Positions 26,201-39,700 of a DNA stretch of 64,000 nt are shown in pieces. The stretch lies in the NCBI RefSeq assembly GCF_009914755.1, contig NC_060943.1. One strand, 5' to 3'. The DNA comes from the human T2T-CHM13v2.0 reference genome, Homo sapiens. Both the position numbers and the translations under genes were made by a program. Under the pieces are notes generated by a model, which searched no databases, was not told the DNA's origin, and saw nothing but the letters and a program-made list of their open reading frames with translations. The first letter of the stretch is position 1. Each line of letters starts with the position of its first letter.

Positions 26201-27479
26201 AGAAACTAGACAGAATGATTCTCAGAAACTCCTTTGTGATGTGTGCGTTCAACTCACACAGTTTAACCTTTCTTTTCATAGAGCAGTTAGGAAACACTCT
26301 GTTTGTAAAGTCTGCAAGTGGATATTCAGACCTCCTTGAGGCCTTCGTTGGAAACGGGATTTCTTCATATTATGCTAGACAGAAGAATTCTCAGTAACTT
26401 CCTTGTGTTGTGTGTATTCAACTCACAGAGTTGAACGATCCTTTACACAGAGCAGACTTGAAACACTCTTTTTGTGGAATTTGCAAGTGGAGATTTCAGC
26501 CGCTTTGAGGTCAATGGTAGAATAGGAAATATCTTCCTATAGAAACTAGACAGAATGATTCTCAGAAACTCCTTTGTGATGTGTGCGTTCAACTCACAGA
26601 GTTTAACCTTTCTTTTCATAGAACAGTTAGGAAACACTCTGTTTGTAAAGTCTGCAAGTGGATATTCAGACCTCCTTAAGGCCTTCGTTGGAAACGGGAT
26701 TTCTTCATATTATGCTAGACAGAAGAATTCTCAGTAACTTCCTTCTGTTGTGTGTATTCAACTCACAGAGTTGAACGATCCTTTACACAGAGCAGACTTG
26801 AAACACTCTTTTTGTGGAATTTGCAAGTGGAGATTTCAGCCGCTTTGAGGTCAATGGTAGAATAGGAAATATCTTCCTATAGAAACTAGACAGAATGATT
26901 CTCAGAAACTCCTTTGTGATGTGTGCGTTCAACTCACACAGTTTAACCTTTCTTTTCATAGAGCAGTTAGGAAACACTCTGTTTGTAAAGTCTGCAAGTG
27001 GATATTCAGACCTCCTTGAGGCCTTCGTTGGAAACGGGATTTCTTCATATTATGCTAGACAGAAGAATTCTCAGTAACTTCCTCGTGTTGTGTGTATTCA
27101 ACTCACAGAGTTGAACGATCCTTTACACAGAGCAGACTTGAAACACTGTTTTTGTGGAATTTGCAAGTTGAGATTTCAGCCGCTTTGAGGTCAAAGGTAG
27201 AATAGGAAATATCTTCCTATAGAAACTAGACAGAATGATTCTCAGAAACTCCTTTGTGATGTGTGCGTTCAACTCACAGAGTTTAACCTTTCTTTTCATA
27301 GAGCAGTTAGGAAACACTCTGTTTGTAAAGTCTGCAAGTGGATATTCAGACATCTTTGAGGCCTTCGTTGGAAACGGGATTTCTTCATGTTCTGCTAGAC
27401 AGAAGAATTCTCAGAAACTTCCTTGTGTTGTGTGTTTTCAACTCACAGAGTTGAACGATGCTTTACACAGAGTAGACTT

Positions 27480-30400
27480 GAAACACTCTTTTTGTGGAAT
27501 TTGCAAGTGGAGATTTCAGCCGCTTTGAGTTCAATGGTAGAATAGGAAATATCTTCCTATAGAAACTAGACAGAATGATTCTCAGAAACTCCTTTGTGAT
27601 GTGTGCGTTCAACTCACAGAGTTCAACCTTTCTTTTCATAGAGCAGTTGGGAAACACTCTGTTTGTAAAGTCTGCAAGCGGATATTCAGACTTCTTTGAG
27701 GCCTTCGTTGGAAGCGGGATTTCTTCATATTCTGCTAGACAGAAGAATTCTCAGTAACTGCCTTGTGTTGTGTGTATTCAACTCACAGAGTTGAACGATC
27801 CTTTACACAGAGCAGACTTGAAACACTCTTTTTGTGGAATTTGCAAGTGGAGATTTCAGACGCTTTGAGGTCAATGGTAGAATAGGAAATATCTTCCTGT
27901 AGAAACTAGACAGAATGATTCTCAGAAACTCCTTTGTGATGTGTGCGTTCAACTCACAGAGTTTAACCTTTCTTTTCATAGAGCAGTTAGGAAACACTCT
28001 GTTTGTAAAATCTGCAAGTGGATATTCAGACCTCCTTGAGGCCTTCGTTGGAAACGGGATTTCTTCATATTATGCTAGACAGAAGAATTCTCAGTAACTT
28101 CCTTGTGTTGTGTGTATTCAACTCACAGAGTTGAACGATCCTTTACACAGAGCAGACTTGAAACACTCTTTTTGTGGAATTTGCAAGTGGAGATTTCAGC
28201 CGCTTTGGGGTCAATGGTAGAATAGGAAATATCTTCCTATAGAAACTAGACAGAATGATTCTCAGAAACTCCTTTGTGATGTGTGCGTTCAACTCACAGA
28301 GGTCAACCTTTCTTTTCATAGAGCAGTTGGGAAACACTCTGTTTGTAAAGTCTGCAAGTGGATATTCAGACTTCTTTGAGGCCTTCGTTGGAAGCGGGAT
28401 TTCTTCATATTCTGCTAGACAGAAGAATTCTCAGTAACTGCCTTGTGTTGTGTGTATTCAACTCACAGAGTTGAACGATCCTTTACACAGAGCAGACTTG
28501 AAACACTCTTTTTGTGGAATTTGCAAGTGGAGATTTCAGCCGCTTTGAGGTCAATGGTAGAATAGGAAATATCTTCCTATAGAAACTAGACAGAATGATA
28601 CTCAGAAACTCCTTTGTGATGTGTGCGTTCAACTCACAGAGTTTACCCTTTCTTTTCATAGAGCAGTTAGGAAACACTCTGTTTGTAAAGTCTGCAAGTG
28701 GATATTCAGACATCCTTGAGGCTTTCGTTGGAAACGGGATTTCTTCATATTCTGCTAGAAAGAAGAATTCTCAGAAACTTCCTTGTGTTGTGTGTATTCA
28801 ACTCACAGAGTTGAACGATCCTTTACACAGAGCAGACTTGAAACACTCTTTTTGTGGAATTTGCAAGTGGAGATTTCAGCCACTTTGAGGTCAATGGTAG
28901 AATAGGAAATATCTTCCTATAGAAACTAGACAGAATGATTCTCAGAAACTCCTTTGTGATGTGTGCGTTCAACTCACAGAGTTTACCCTTTCTTTTCATA
29001 GAGCAGTTAGGAAACACTCTGTTTGTAAGAGTCTGCAAGTGGATATTCAGACATCCTTGAGGCTTTCGTTGGAAACGGGATTTCTTCATATTCTGCTAGA
29101 AAGAAGAATTCTCAGTAACTTCCTTGTGTTGTGTGTATTCAACTCACAGAGTTGAACGATCCTTTACACAGAGCAGACTTGAAACACTCTTTTTGTGGAA
29201 TTTGCAAGTGGAGATTTCAGCCGCTTTGAGTTCAATGGTAGAATAGGAAATATCTTCCTATAGAAACTAGACAGAATGATTCTCAGAAACTCCTTTGTGA
29301 TGTGTGCGTTCAACTCACAGAGTTTAACCTTTCTTTTCATAGAGCAGTTAGGAAACACTCTGTTTGTAAAGTCTGCAAGTGGATATTCAGACATCCTTGA
29401 GGCTTTCATTGGAAACGGGATTTCTTCATATTCTGCTAGAAAGAAGAATTCTCAGTAACTTCCTTGTGCTGTGTGTATTCAACTCACAGAGTTGAACGAT
29501 CCTTTACACAGAGCAGACTTGAAACACTCTTTTTGTGGAATTTGCAAGTGGAGAATTCAGCCGCTTTGAGTTCAATGGTAGAATAGGAAATATCTTCCTA
29601 TAGAAACTAGACAGAATGATTCTCAGAAACTCCTTTGTGATGTGTGCGTTCAACTCACAGAGTTCAACCTTTCCTTTCATAGAGCAGTTGGGAAACACTC
29701 TGTTTGTAAAGTCTGCAAGTGGATATTCAGACTTCTTTGAGGCCTTCGTTGGAAGCGGGATTTCTTCATGTTCTGCTAGACAGAAGAATTCTCAGTAACT
29801 GCCTTGTGTTGTGTGTATTCAACTCACAGAGTTGAACGATCCTTTACACAGAGCAGACTTGAAACACTCCTTTTGTGGAATTTGCAAGTGGAGATTTCAG
29901 CCGCTTTGAGGTCAATGGTAGAATAGGAAATATCTTCCTATGGAAACTAGACAGAATGATTCTCAGAAACTCCTTTGTGATGTGTGCGTTCAACTCACAG
30001 AGTTTAACCTTTCTTTTCATAGAGCAGTTAGGAAACACTCTGTTTGTAAAGTCTGCAAGTGGATATTCAGACATCCTTGAGGCTTTCGTTGGAAACGGGA
30101 TTTCTTCATATTCTGCTAGAAAGAAGAATTCTCAGTAACTTCCTTGTGTTGTGTGTATTCAACTCACAGAGTTGAACGATCCTTTACACAGAGCAGACTT
30201 GAAACACTCTTTTTGTGGAATTTGCAAGTGGAGATTTCAGCCGCTTTGAGGTCAATGGTAGAATAGGAAATATCTTCCTATAGAAACTAGACACAATGAT
30301 TCTCAGAAACTCCTTTGTGATGTGTGCGTTCAACTCACATAGTTTAACCTTTCTTTTCATAGAGCAGTTAGGAAACACTCTGTTTGTAAAGTCTGCAAGT

Positions 30401-33400
30401 GGATATTCAGACATCCTTGAGGCTTTCGTTGGAAACGGGATTTCTTCATATTCTGGTAGAAAGAAGAATTCTCAGTAACTTCCTTGTGTTGTGTGTATTC
30501 AACTCACAGATTTGAACGATCCTTTAAACAGAGCAGACTTGAAACACTCTTTTTGTGGAATTTGCAAGTGGAGATTTCAGCCGCTTTGAGTTCAATGGTA
30601 GAATAGGAAATATCTTCCTATAGAAACTAGACAGAATGATTCTCAGAAACTCCTTTGTGATGTGTGCGTTCGACTCACAGAGTTGAACCTTTCTTTTAAT
30701 AGAGCAGTTGGGAAACACTCTGTTTGTAAAGTCTGCAAGTGGATATTCAGACTTCTTTGAGGCCTTCGTTGGAAGCGGGATTTCTTCATATTCTGCTAGA
30801 CAGAAGAATTCTCAGTAACTTCCTTGTGTTGTGTGTATTCAACTCACAGAGTTGAACGATCCTTTACACAGAGCAGACTTGAAACACTCTTTTTGTGGAA
30901 TTTGCAAGTGGAGATTTCAGCCGCTTTGGGGTCAATGGTAGAATAGGAAATATCATCCTATAGAAACTAGACAGAATGATTCTCAGAAACTCCTTTGTGA
31001 TGTGTGCGTTCAACTCACAGAGTTTAACCTTTCTTTTCATAGAGCAGTTAGGAAACACTCTTTTTGTAAAGTCTGCAAGTGGAAATTCAGACATCCTTGA
31101 GGCTTTCGTTGGAAACGGGATTTCTTCATGTTCTGCTAGAAAGAAGAATTCTCAGTAACTTCCTTGTGTTGTGTGTATTCAACTCACAGAGGTGAACGAT
31201 CCTTTACACAGAGCAGACTTGAAACACTCTTTTTGTGGAATTTGCAAGTGGAGATTTCAGCCGCTTTGAGGTCAATGGTAGAATAGGAAATATCTTCCTA
31301 TAGAAACTAGACAGAATGATTCTCAGAAACTCCTTTGTGATGTGTGCGTTCAACTCACAGAGTTTAACCTTTCTTTTCATAGAGCAGTTGGGAAACACTC
31401 TGTTTGTAAAGTCTGCAAGTTGATATTCAGACATCCTTGAGGCTTTCGTTGGAAACGGGATTTCTTCATATTCTGCTAGAAAGAAGAATTCTCAGTAACT
31501 TCCTTGTGTTGTGTGTATTCAACTCACAGAGTTGAACGATCCTTTACACAGAGCAGACTTGAAACACTCTTTTTGTGGAATTTGCAAGTGGAGATTTCAG
31601 CCGCTTTGAGGTCAATGGTAGAATAGGAAATATCTTCCTATAGAAACTACACAGAATGATTCTCAGAAACTCCTTTGTGATGTGTGCGTTCAACTCACAC
31701 AGTTTAACCTTTCTTTTCATAGAGCAGTTAGGAAACACTCTGTTTGTAAAGTCTGCAAGTGGATATTCAGACCTCCTTGAGGCCTTCGTTGGAAACGGGA
31801 TTTCTTCATATTATGCTAGACAGAAGAATTCTCAGTAACTTCCTCGTGTTGTGTGTATTCAACTCACAGAGTTGAACGATCCTTTACACAGAGCAGACTT
31901 GAAACACTCTTTTTGTGGAATTTGCAAGTGGAGATTTCAGCCGCTTTGAGTTCAATGGTAGAATAGGAAATATCTTCCTATAGAAACTAGACAGAATGAT
32001 TCTCAGAAACTCCTTTGTGATGTGTGCGTTCAACTCACAGAGTTCAACCTTTCTTTTCATAGAGCAGTTGGGAAACACTCTGTTTGTAAAGTCTGCAAGT
32101 GGATATTCAGACTTCTTTGAGGCCTTCGTTGGAAGCGGGATTTCTTCATGTTCTGCTAGACAGAAGAATTCTCAGAAACTTCCTTGTGTTGTGTGTTTTC
32201 AACTCACAGAGTTGAACGATCCTTTACACAGAGCAGACTTGAAACACTCTTTTTGTGGAATTTGCAAGTGGAGATTTCAGCCGCTTTGAGGTCAATGGTA
32301 GAATAGGAAATATCTTCCTATAGAAAGTAGACAGAATGATTCTAAGAAACTCCTTTGTGATGTGTGCGTTCAACTCACAGAGTTTAACCTTTCTTTTCAT
32401 AGAGCAGTTAGGAAACACTCTGTTTGTAAAGTCTGCAAGTGGATATTCAGACCTCCTTGAGGCATTCGTAGGAAACGGGATTTCTTCATATTATGCTAGA
32501 CAGAAGAATTCTCAGTAACTTCCTTGTGTTGTGTGTATTCAACTCACAGAGTTGAACGATCCTTTACACAGAGCAGACTTGAAACACTCTTTTTGTGGAA
32601 TTTGCAAGTGGAGATTTCAGCCGCTTTGAGTTCAATGGTAGAATAGGAAATATCTTCCTATAGAAACTAGACAGAATGATTCTCAGAAACTCCTTTGTGA
32701 TGTGTGCGTTCAACTCACAGAGTTCAACCTTTCTTTTCATAGAGCAGTTGGGAAACACTCTGTTTGTAAAGTCTGCAAGCGGATATTCAGACTTCTTTGA
32801 GGCCTTCGTTGGAAGCGGGATTTCTTCATATTCTGCTAGACAGAAGAATTCTCAGTAACTGCCTTGTGTTGTGTGTATTCAACTCACAGAGTTGAACGAT
32901 CCTTTACACAGAGCAGACTTGAAACACTCTTTTTGTGGAATTTGCAAGTGGAGATTTCAGCCGCTTTGAGGTCAATGGTAGAATAGGAAATATCTTCCTG
33001 TAGAAACTAGACAGAATGATTCTCAGAAACTCCTTTGTGATGTGTGCGTTCAACTCACAGAGTTTAACCTTTCTTTTCATAGAGCAGTTAGGAAACACTC
33101 TGTTTGTAAAGTCTGCAAGTGGATATTCAGACCTCCTTGAGGCCTTCGTTGGAAACGGGATTTCTTCATATTATGCTAGACAGAAGAATTCTCAGTAACT
33201 TCCTTGTGTTGTGTGTATTCAACTCACAGAGTTGAACGATCCTTTACACAGAGCAGACTTGAAACACTCTTTTTGTGGAATTTGCAAGTGGAGATTTCAG
33301 CCGCTTTGAGGTCAATGGTAGAATAGGAAATATCTTCCTATAGAAACTAGACAGAATGATTCTCAGAAACTCCTTTGTGATGTGTGCGTTCAACTCACAG

Positions 33401-36400
33401 AGGTCAACCTTTCTTTTCATAGAGCAGTTCGGAAACACTCTGTTTGTAAAGTCTGCAAGTGGATATTCAGACTTCTTTGAGGCCTTCGTTGGAAGCGGGA
33501 TTTCTTCATATTCTGCTAGACAGAAGAATTCTCAGTAACTGCCTTGTGTTGTGTGTATTCAACTCACAGAGTTGAACGATCCTTTACACAGAGCAGACTT
33601 GAAACACTCTTTTAGTGGAATTTGCAAGTGGAGATTTCAGCCGCTTTGAGGTCAATGGTAGAATAGGAAATATCTTCCTATAGAAACTAGACAGAATGAT
33701 ACTCAGAAACTCCTTTGTGATGTGTGCGTTCAACTCACAGAGTTTACCCTTTCTTTTCATAGAGCAGTTAGGAAACACTCTGTTTGTAAAGTCTGCAAGT
33801 GGATATTCAGACATCCTTGAGGCTTTCGTTGGAAACGGGATTTCTTCATATTCTGCTAGAAAGAAGAATTCTCAGAAACTTCCTTGTGTTGTGTGTATTC
33901 AACTCACAGAGTTGAACGATCCTTTACACAGAGCAGACTTGAAACACTCTTTTTGTGGAATTTGCAAGTGGAGATTTCAGCCACTTTGAGGTCAATGGTA
34001 GAATAGGAAATATCTTCCTATAGAAACTAGACAGAATGATTCTCAGAAACTCCTTTGTGATGTGTGCGTTCAACTCACAGAGTTTACCCTTTCTTTTCAT
34101 AGAGCAGTTAGGAAACACTCTGTTTGTAAGAGTCTGCAAGTGGATATTCAGACATCCTTGAGGCTTTCGTTGGAAACGGGATTTCTTCATATTCTGCTAG
34201 AAAGAAGAATTCTCAGTAACTTCCTTGTGTTGTGTGTATTCAACTCACAGAGTTGAACGATCCTTTACACAGAGCAGACTTGAAACACTCTTTTTGTGGA
34301 ATTTGCAAGTGGAGATTTCAGCCGCTTTGAGTTCAATGGTAGAATAGGAAATATCTTCCTATAGAAACTAGACAGAATGATTCTCAGAAACTCCTTTGTG
34401 ATGTGTGCGTTCAACTCACAGAGTTTAACCTTTCTTTTCATAGAGCAGTTAGGAAACACTCTGTTTGTAAAGTCTGCAAGTGGATATTCAGACATCCTTG
34501 AGGCTTTCATTGGAAACGGGATTTCTTCATATTCTGCTAGAAAGAAGAATTCTCAGTAACTTCCTTGTGCTGTGTGTATTCAACTCACAGAGTTGAACGA
34601 TCCTTTACACAGAGCAGACTTGAAACACTCTTTTTGTGGAATTTGCAAGTGGAGATTTCAGCCGCTTTGAGTTCAATGGTAGAATAGGAAATATCTTCCT
34701 ATAGAAACTAGACAGAATGATTCTCAGAAACTCCTTTGTGATGTGTGCGTTCAACTCACAGAGTTCAACCTTTCCTTTCATAGAGCAGTTGGGAAACACT
34801 CTGTTTGTAAAGTCTGCAAGTGGATATTCAGACTTCTTTGAGGCCTTCGTTGGAAGCGGGATTTCTTCATGTTCTGCTAGACAGAAGAATTCTCAGTAAC
34901 TGCCTTGTGTTGTGTGTATTCAACTCACAGAGTTGAACGATCCTTTACACAGAGCAGACTTGAAACACTCCTTTTGTGGAATTTGAAAGTGGAGATTTCA
35001 GCCGCTTTGAGGTCAATGGTAGAATAGGAAATATCTTCCTATAGAAACTAGACAGAATGATTCTCAGAAACTCCTTTGTGATGTGTGCGTTCAACTCACA
35101 GAGTTTAACCTTTCTTTTCATAGAGCAGTTAGGAAACACTCTGTTTGTAAAGTCTGCAAGTGGATATTCAGATATCCTTGAGGCTTTCGTTGGAAACGGG
35201 ATTTCTTCATATTCTGCTAGAAAGAAGAATTCTCAGTAACTTCCTTGTGTTGTGTGTATTCAACTCACAGAGTTGAACGATCCTTTACACAGAGCAGACT
35301 TGAAACACTCTTTTTGTGGAATTTGCAAGTGGAGATTTCAGCCGCTTTGAGGTCAATGGTAGAATAGGAAATATCTTCCTATAGAAAATAGACACAATGA
35401 TTCTCAGAAACTCCTTTGTGATGTGTGCGTTCAACTCACATAGTTTAACCTTTCTTTTCATAGAGCAGTTAGGAAACACTCTGTTTGTAAAGTCTGCAAG
35501 TGGATATTCAGACATCCTTGAGGCTTTCGTTGGAAACGGGATTTCTTCATATTCTGGTAGAAAGAAGAATTCTCAGTAACTTCCTTGTGTTGTGTGTATT
35601 CAACTCACAGATTTGAACGATCCTTTAAACAGAGCAGACTTGAAACACTCTTTTTGTGGAATTTGCAAGTGGAGATTTCAGCCGCTTTGAGTTCAATGGT
35701 AGAATAGGAAATATCTTCCTATAGAAACTAGACAGAATGATTCTCAGAAACTCCTTTGTGATGTGTGCGTTCGACTCACAGAGTTGAACCTTTCTTTTAA
35801 TAGAGCAGTTGGGAAACACTCTGTTTGTAAAGTCTGCAAGTGGATATTCAGACTTCTTTGAGGCCTTCGTTGGAAGCGGGATTTCTTCATATTCTGCTAG
35901 ACAGAAGAATTCTCAGTAACTTCCTTGTGTTGTGTGTATTCAACTCACAGAGTTGAACGATCCTTTACACAGAGCAGACTTGAAACACTCTTTTTGTGGA
36001 ATTTGCAAGTGGAGATTTCAGCCGCTTTGGGGTCAATGGTAGAATAGGAAATATCTTCCTATAGAAACTAGACAGAATGATTCTCAGAAACTCCTTTGTG
36101 ATGTGTGCGTTCAACTCACAGAGTTTAACCTTTCTTTTCATAGAGCAGTTAGGAAACACTCTTTTTGTAAAGTCTGCAAGTGGAAATTCAGACATCCTTG
36201 AGGCTTTCGTTGGAAACGGGATTTCTTCATGTTCTGCTAGAAAGAAGAATTCTCAGTAACTTCCTTGTGTTGTGTGTATTCAACTCACAGAGGTGAACGA
36301 TCCTTTACACAGAGCAGACTTGAAACACTCTTTTTGTGGAATTTGCAAGTGGAGATTTCAGCCGCTTTGAGGTCAATGGTAGAATAGGAAATATCTTCCT

Positions 36401-36460
36401 ATAGAAACTAGACAGAATGATTCTCAGAAACTCCTTTGTGATGTGTGCGTTCAACTCACA
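27480..36460 (+). repeat. Duplicated ~3.9-kb block (27.5-31.35 kb and 32.6-36.45 kb), offset 5101 bp (15 dimers + 1)
   Basis: Shared G insertion (29029/34130), GCAAGCGG, AGGTCAACC, GATACTCAG, TTTCATTGG, TTGTGCT, ACACAATG, CTGGTAGA, TCGACTC, GGAAATTC and GGTGAACG, all at +5101. Confidence 0.9.
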
Positions 36461-36749
36461 GAGTTTACCCTTTCTTTTCATAGAGCAGTTAGGAAACACT
36501 CTGTTTGTAAAGTCTGCAAGTGGATATTCAGACATCTTTGAGGCTTTCGTTGGAAACGGGATTTCTTCATATTCTGCTAGAAAGAAGAATTCTCAGTAAC
36601 TTCCTTGTGTTGTGTGTATTCAACTCACAGAGTTGAACGATCCTTTACACAGAGCAGACTTGAAACACTCTTTTTGTGGAATTTGCAAGTGGAGATTTCA
36701 GCCGCTTTGAGGTCAATGGTAGAATAGGAAATATCTTCCTATAGAAACT

Positions 36750-39700
36750 AGACAGAATGATTCTCAGAAACTCCTTTGTGATGTGTGCGTTCAACTCACA
36801 GAGTTTAACCTTTCTTTTCATAGAGCAGTTGGGAAACACTCTGTTTGTAAAGTCTGCAAGTAGATATTCAGACATCCTTGAGGCTTTCGTTGGAAACGGG
36901 ATTTCTTCATATTCTGCTAGAAAGAAGAATTCTCAGTAACTTCCTTGTGTTGTGTGTATTCAACTCACAGAGTTGAACGATCCTTTACACAGAGCAGACT
37001 TGAAACACTCTTTTTGTGGAATTTGCAAGTGGAGATTTCAGCCGCTTTGAGGTCAATGGTAGAATAGGAAATATCTTTCTATAGAAACTAGACAGAATGA
37101 TTCTCAGAAACTCCTTTGTGATGTGTGCGTTCAACTCACAGAGTTTAACCTTTCTTTTCATAGAGCAGTTGGGAAACACTCTGTTTGTAAAGTCTGCAAG
37201 TGGATATTCAGACATCCTTGAGGCTTTCGTTGGAAAAGGGATTTCTTCATATTCTGCTAGAAAGAAGAATTCTCAGTAACTTCCTTGTGTTTTGTGTATT
37301 CAACTCACAGAGTTTAACGATCCTTTACACAGAGCAGACTTGAAACACTCTTTTTGTGGAATTTGCAAGTGGAGATTTCAGCCGCTTTGAGGTCAATGGT
37401 AGAATAGGAAATATCTTCCTATAGAAACTAGACAGAATGATTCTCAGAAACTCCTTTGTGATGTGTGCGTTCAACTCACACAGTTTAACCTTTCTTTTCA
37501 TAGAGCAGTTAGGAAACACTCTGTTTGTAAAGTCTGCAAGTGGATATTCAGACCTCCTTGAGGTCTTCGTTGGAAACGGGATTTCTTCATATTATGCTAG
37601 ACAGAAGAATTCTCAGTAACTTCCTTGTGTTGTGTGTATTCAACTCACAGAGTTGAACGATCCTTTACACAGAGCAGACTTGAAACACTCTTTTTGTGGA
37701 ATTTGCAAGTGGAGATTTCAGCCGCTTTGAGTTCAATGGTAGAAATGGAAATATCTTCCTATAGAAACTAGACAGAATGATTCTCAGAAACTCCTTTGTG
37801 ATGTGTGCGTTCAACTCACAGAGTTCAACCTTTCCTTTCATAGAGCAGTTGGGAAACACTCTGTTTGTAAAGTCTGCAAGTGGATATTCAGACTTCTTTG
37901 AGGCCTTCGTTGGAAGCGGGATTTCTTCATGTTCTGCTAGACAGAAGAATTCTCAGAAACTTCCTTGTGTTGTGTGTTTTCAACTCACAGAGTTGAACGA
38001 TCCTTTACACAGAGCAGACTTGAAACACTCCTTTTGTGGAATTTGCAAGTGGAGATTTCTGCCGCTTTGAGGTCAATGGTAGAATAGGAAATATCTTCCT
38101 ATAGAAAGTAGACAGAATGATTCTCAGAAACTCCTTTGTGATGTGTGCGTTCAACTCACAGAGTTTAACCTTTCTTTTCATAGAGCAGTTAGGAAACATT
38201 CTGTTTGTAAAGTCTGCAAGTGGATATTCAGACCTCCTTGAGGCCTTCGTTGGAAACGGGATTTCTTCATATTCTGCTAGACAGAAGAATTCTCAGTAAC
38301 TTCCTTGTGTTGTGTGTATTCAACTCACAGAGTTGAACGATCCTTTACACAGAGCAGACTTGAAACACTCTTTTTGTGGAATTTGCAAGTGGAGATTTCA
38401 GCCGCTGTGAGTTCAATGGTAGAATAGGAAATATCTTCCTATAGAAAGTAGACAGAATGATTCTCAGAAACTCCTTTGTGATGTGTGCGTTCAACTCGCA
38501 GAGTTCAACCTTTCTTTTCATAGAGCAGTTGGGAAACACTCTGTTTGTAAAGTCTGCAAGTGGATATTCAGACTTCTTTGAGGCCTTCGTTGGAAGCGGG
38601 ATTTCTTCATATTCTGCTAGACAGAAGAATTCTCAGTAACTGCCTTGTGTTGTGTGTATTCAACTCACAGAGTTGAACGATCCTTTACACAGAGCAGACT
38701 TGAAACACTCTTTTTGTGGAATTTGCAAGTGGAGACTTCAGCCGCTTTGAGGTCAATGGTAGAATAGGAAATATCTTCCTATAGAAACTAGACAGAATGA
38801 TTCTCAGAAACTCCTTTGTGATGTGTGCGTTCAACTCACAGAGTTTAACCTTTCTTTTCATAGAGCAGTTAGGAAACACTCTGTTTGTAAAGTCTGCAAG
38901 TGGATATTCAGACCTCCTTGAGGCCTTCGTTGGAAACGGGATTTCTTCATATTATGCTAGACAGAAGAATTCTCAGTAACTTCCTTGTGTTGTGTGTATT
39001 CAACTCACAGAGTTGAACGATCCTTTACACAGAGCAGACTTGAAACACTCTTTTTGTGGAATTTGCAAGTGGAGATTTCAGCCGCTTTGAGGTCAATGGT
39101 AGAATAGGAAATATCTTCCTATAGAAACTAGACAGAATGATTCTCAGAAACTCCTTTGTGATGTGTGCGTTCAACTCACAGAGTTTAACCTTTCTTTTCA
39201 TAGAGCAGTTGGGAAACACTCTGTTTGTAAAGTCTGCAAGTGGATATTCAGACATCCTTGAGGCTTTCGTTGGAAACGGGATTTCTTCATATTCTGCTAG
39301 AAAGAAGAATTCTCAGTAACTTCCTTGTGTTGTGTGTATTCAACTCACAGAGTTGCACGATCCTTTACACAGAGCAGACTTGAAACACTCTTTTTGTGGA
39401 ATTTGCAAGTGGAGATTTCAGCCGCTTTGAGGTCAATGGTAGAATAGGAAATATCTTCCTATAGAAACTAGACAGAATGATTCTCAGAAACTTCTTTGTG
39501 ATGTGTGCGTTCAACTCACACAGTTTAACCTTTCTTTTCATAGAGCAGTTAGGAAACACTCTGTTTGTAAAGTCTGCAAGTGGATATTCAGACCTCCTTG
39601 AGGCCTTCGTTGGAAACGGGATTTCTTCATATTATGCTAGACAGAAGAATTCTCAGTAACTTCCTTGTGTTGTGTGTATTCAACTCACAGAGTTGAACGA

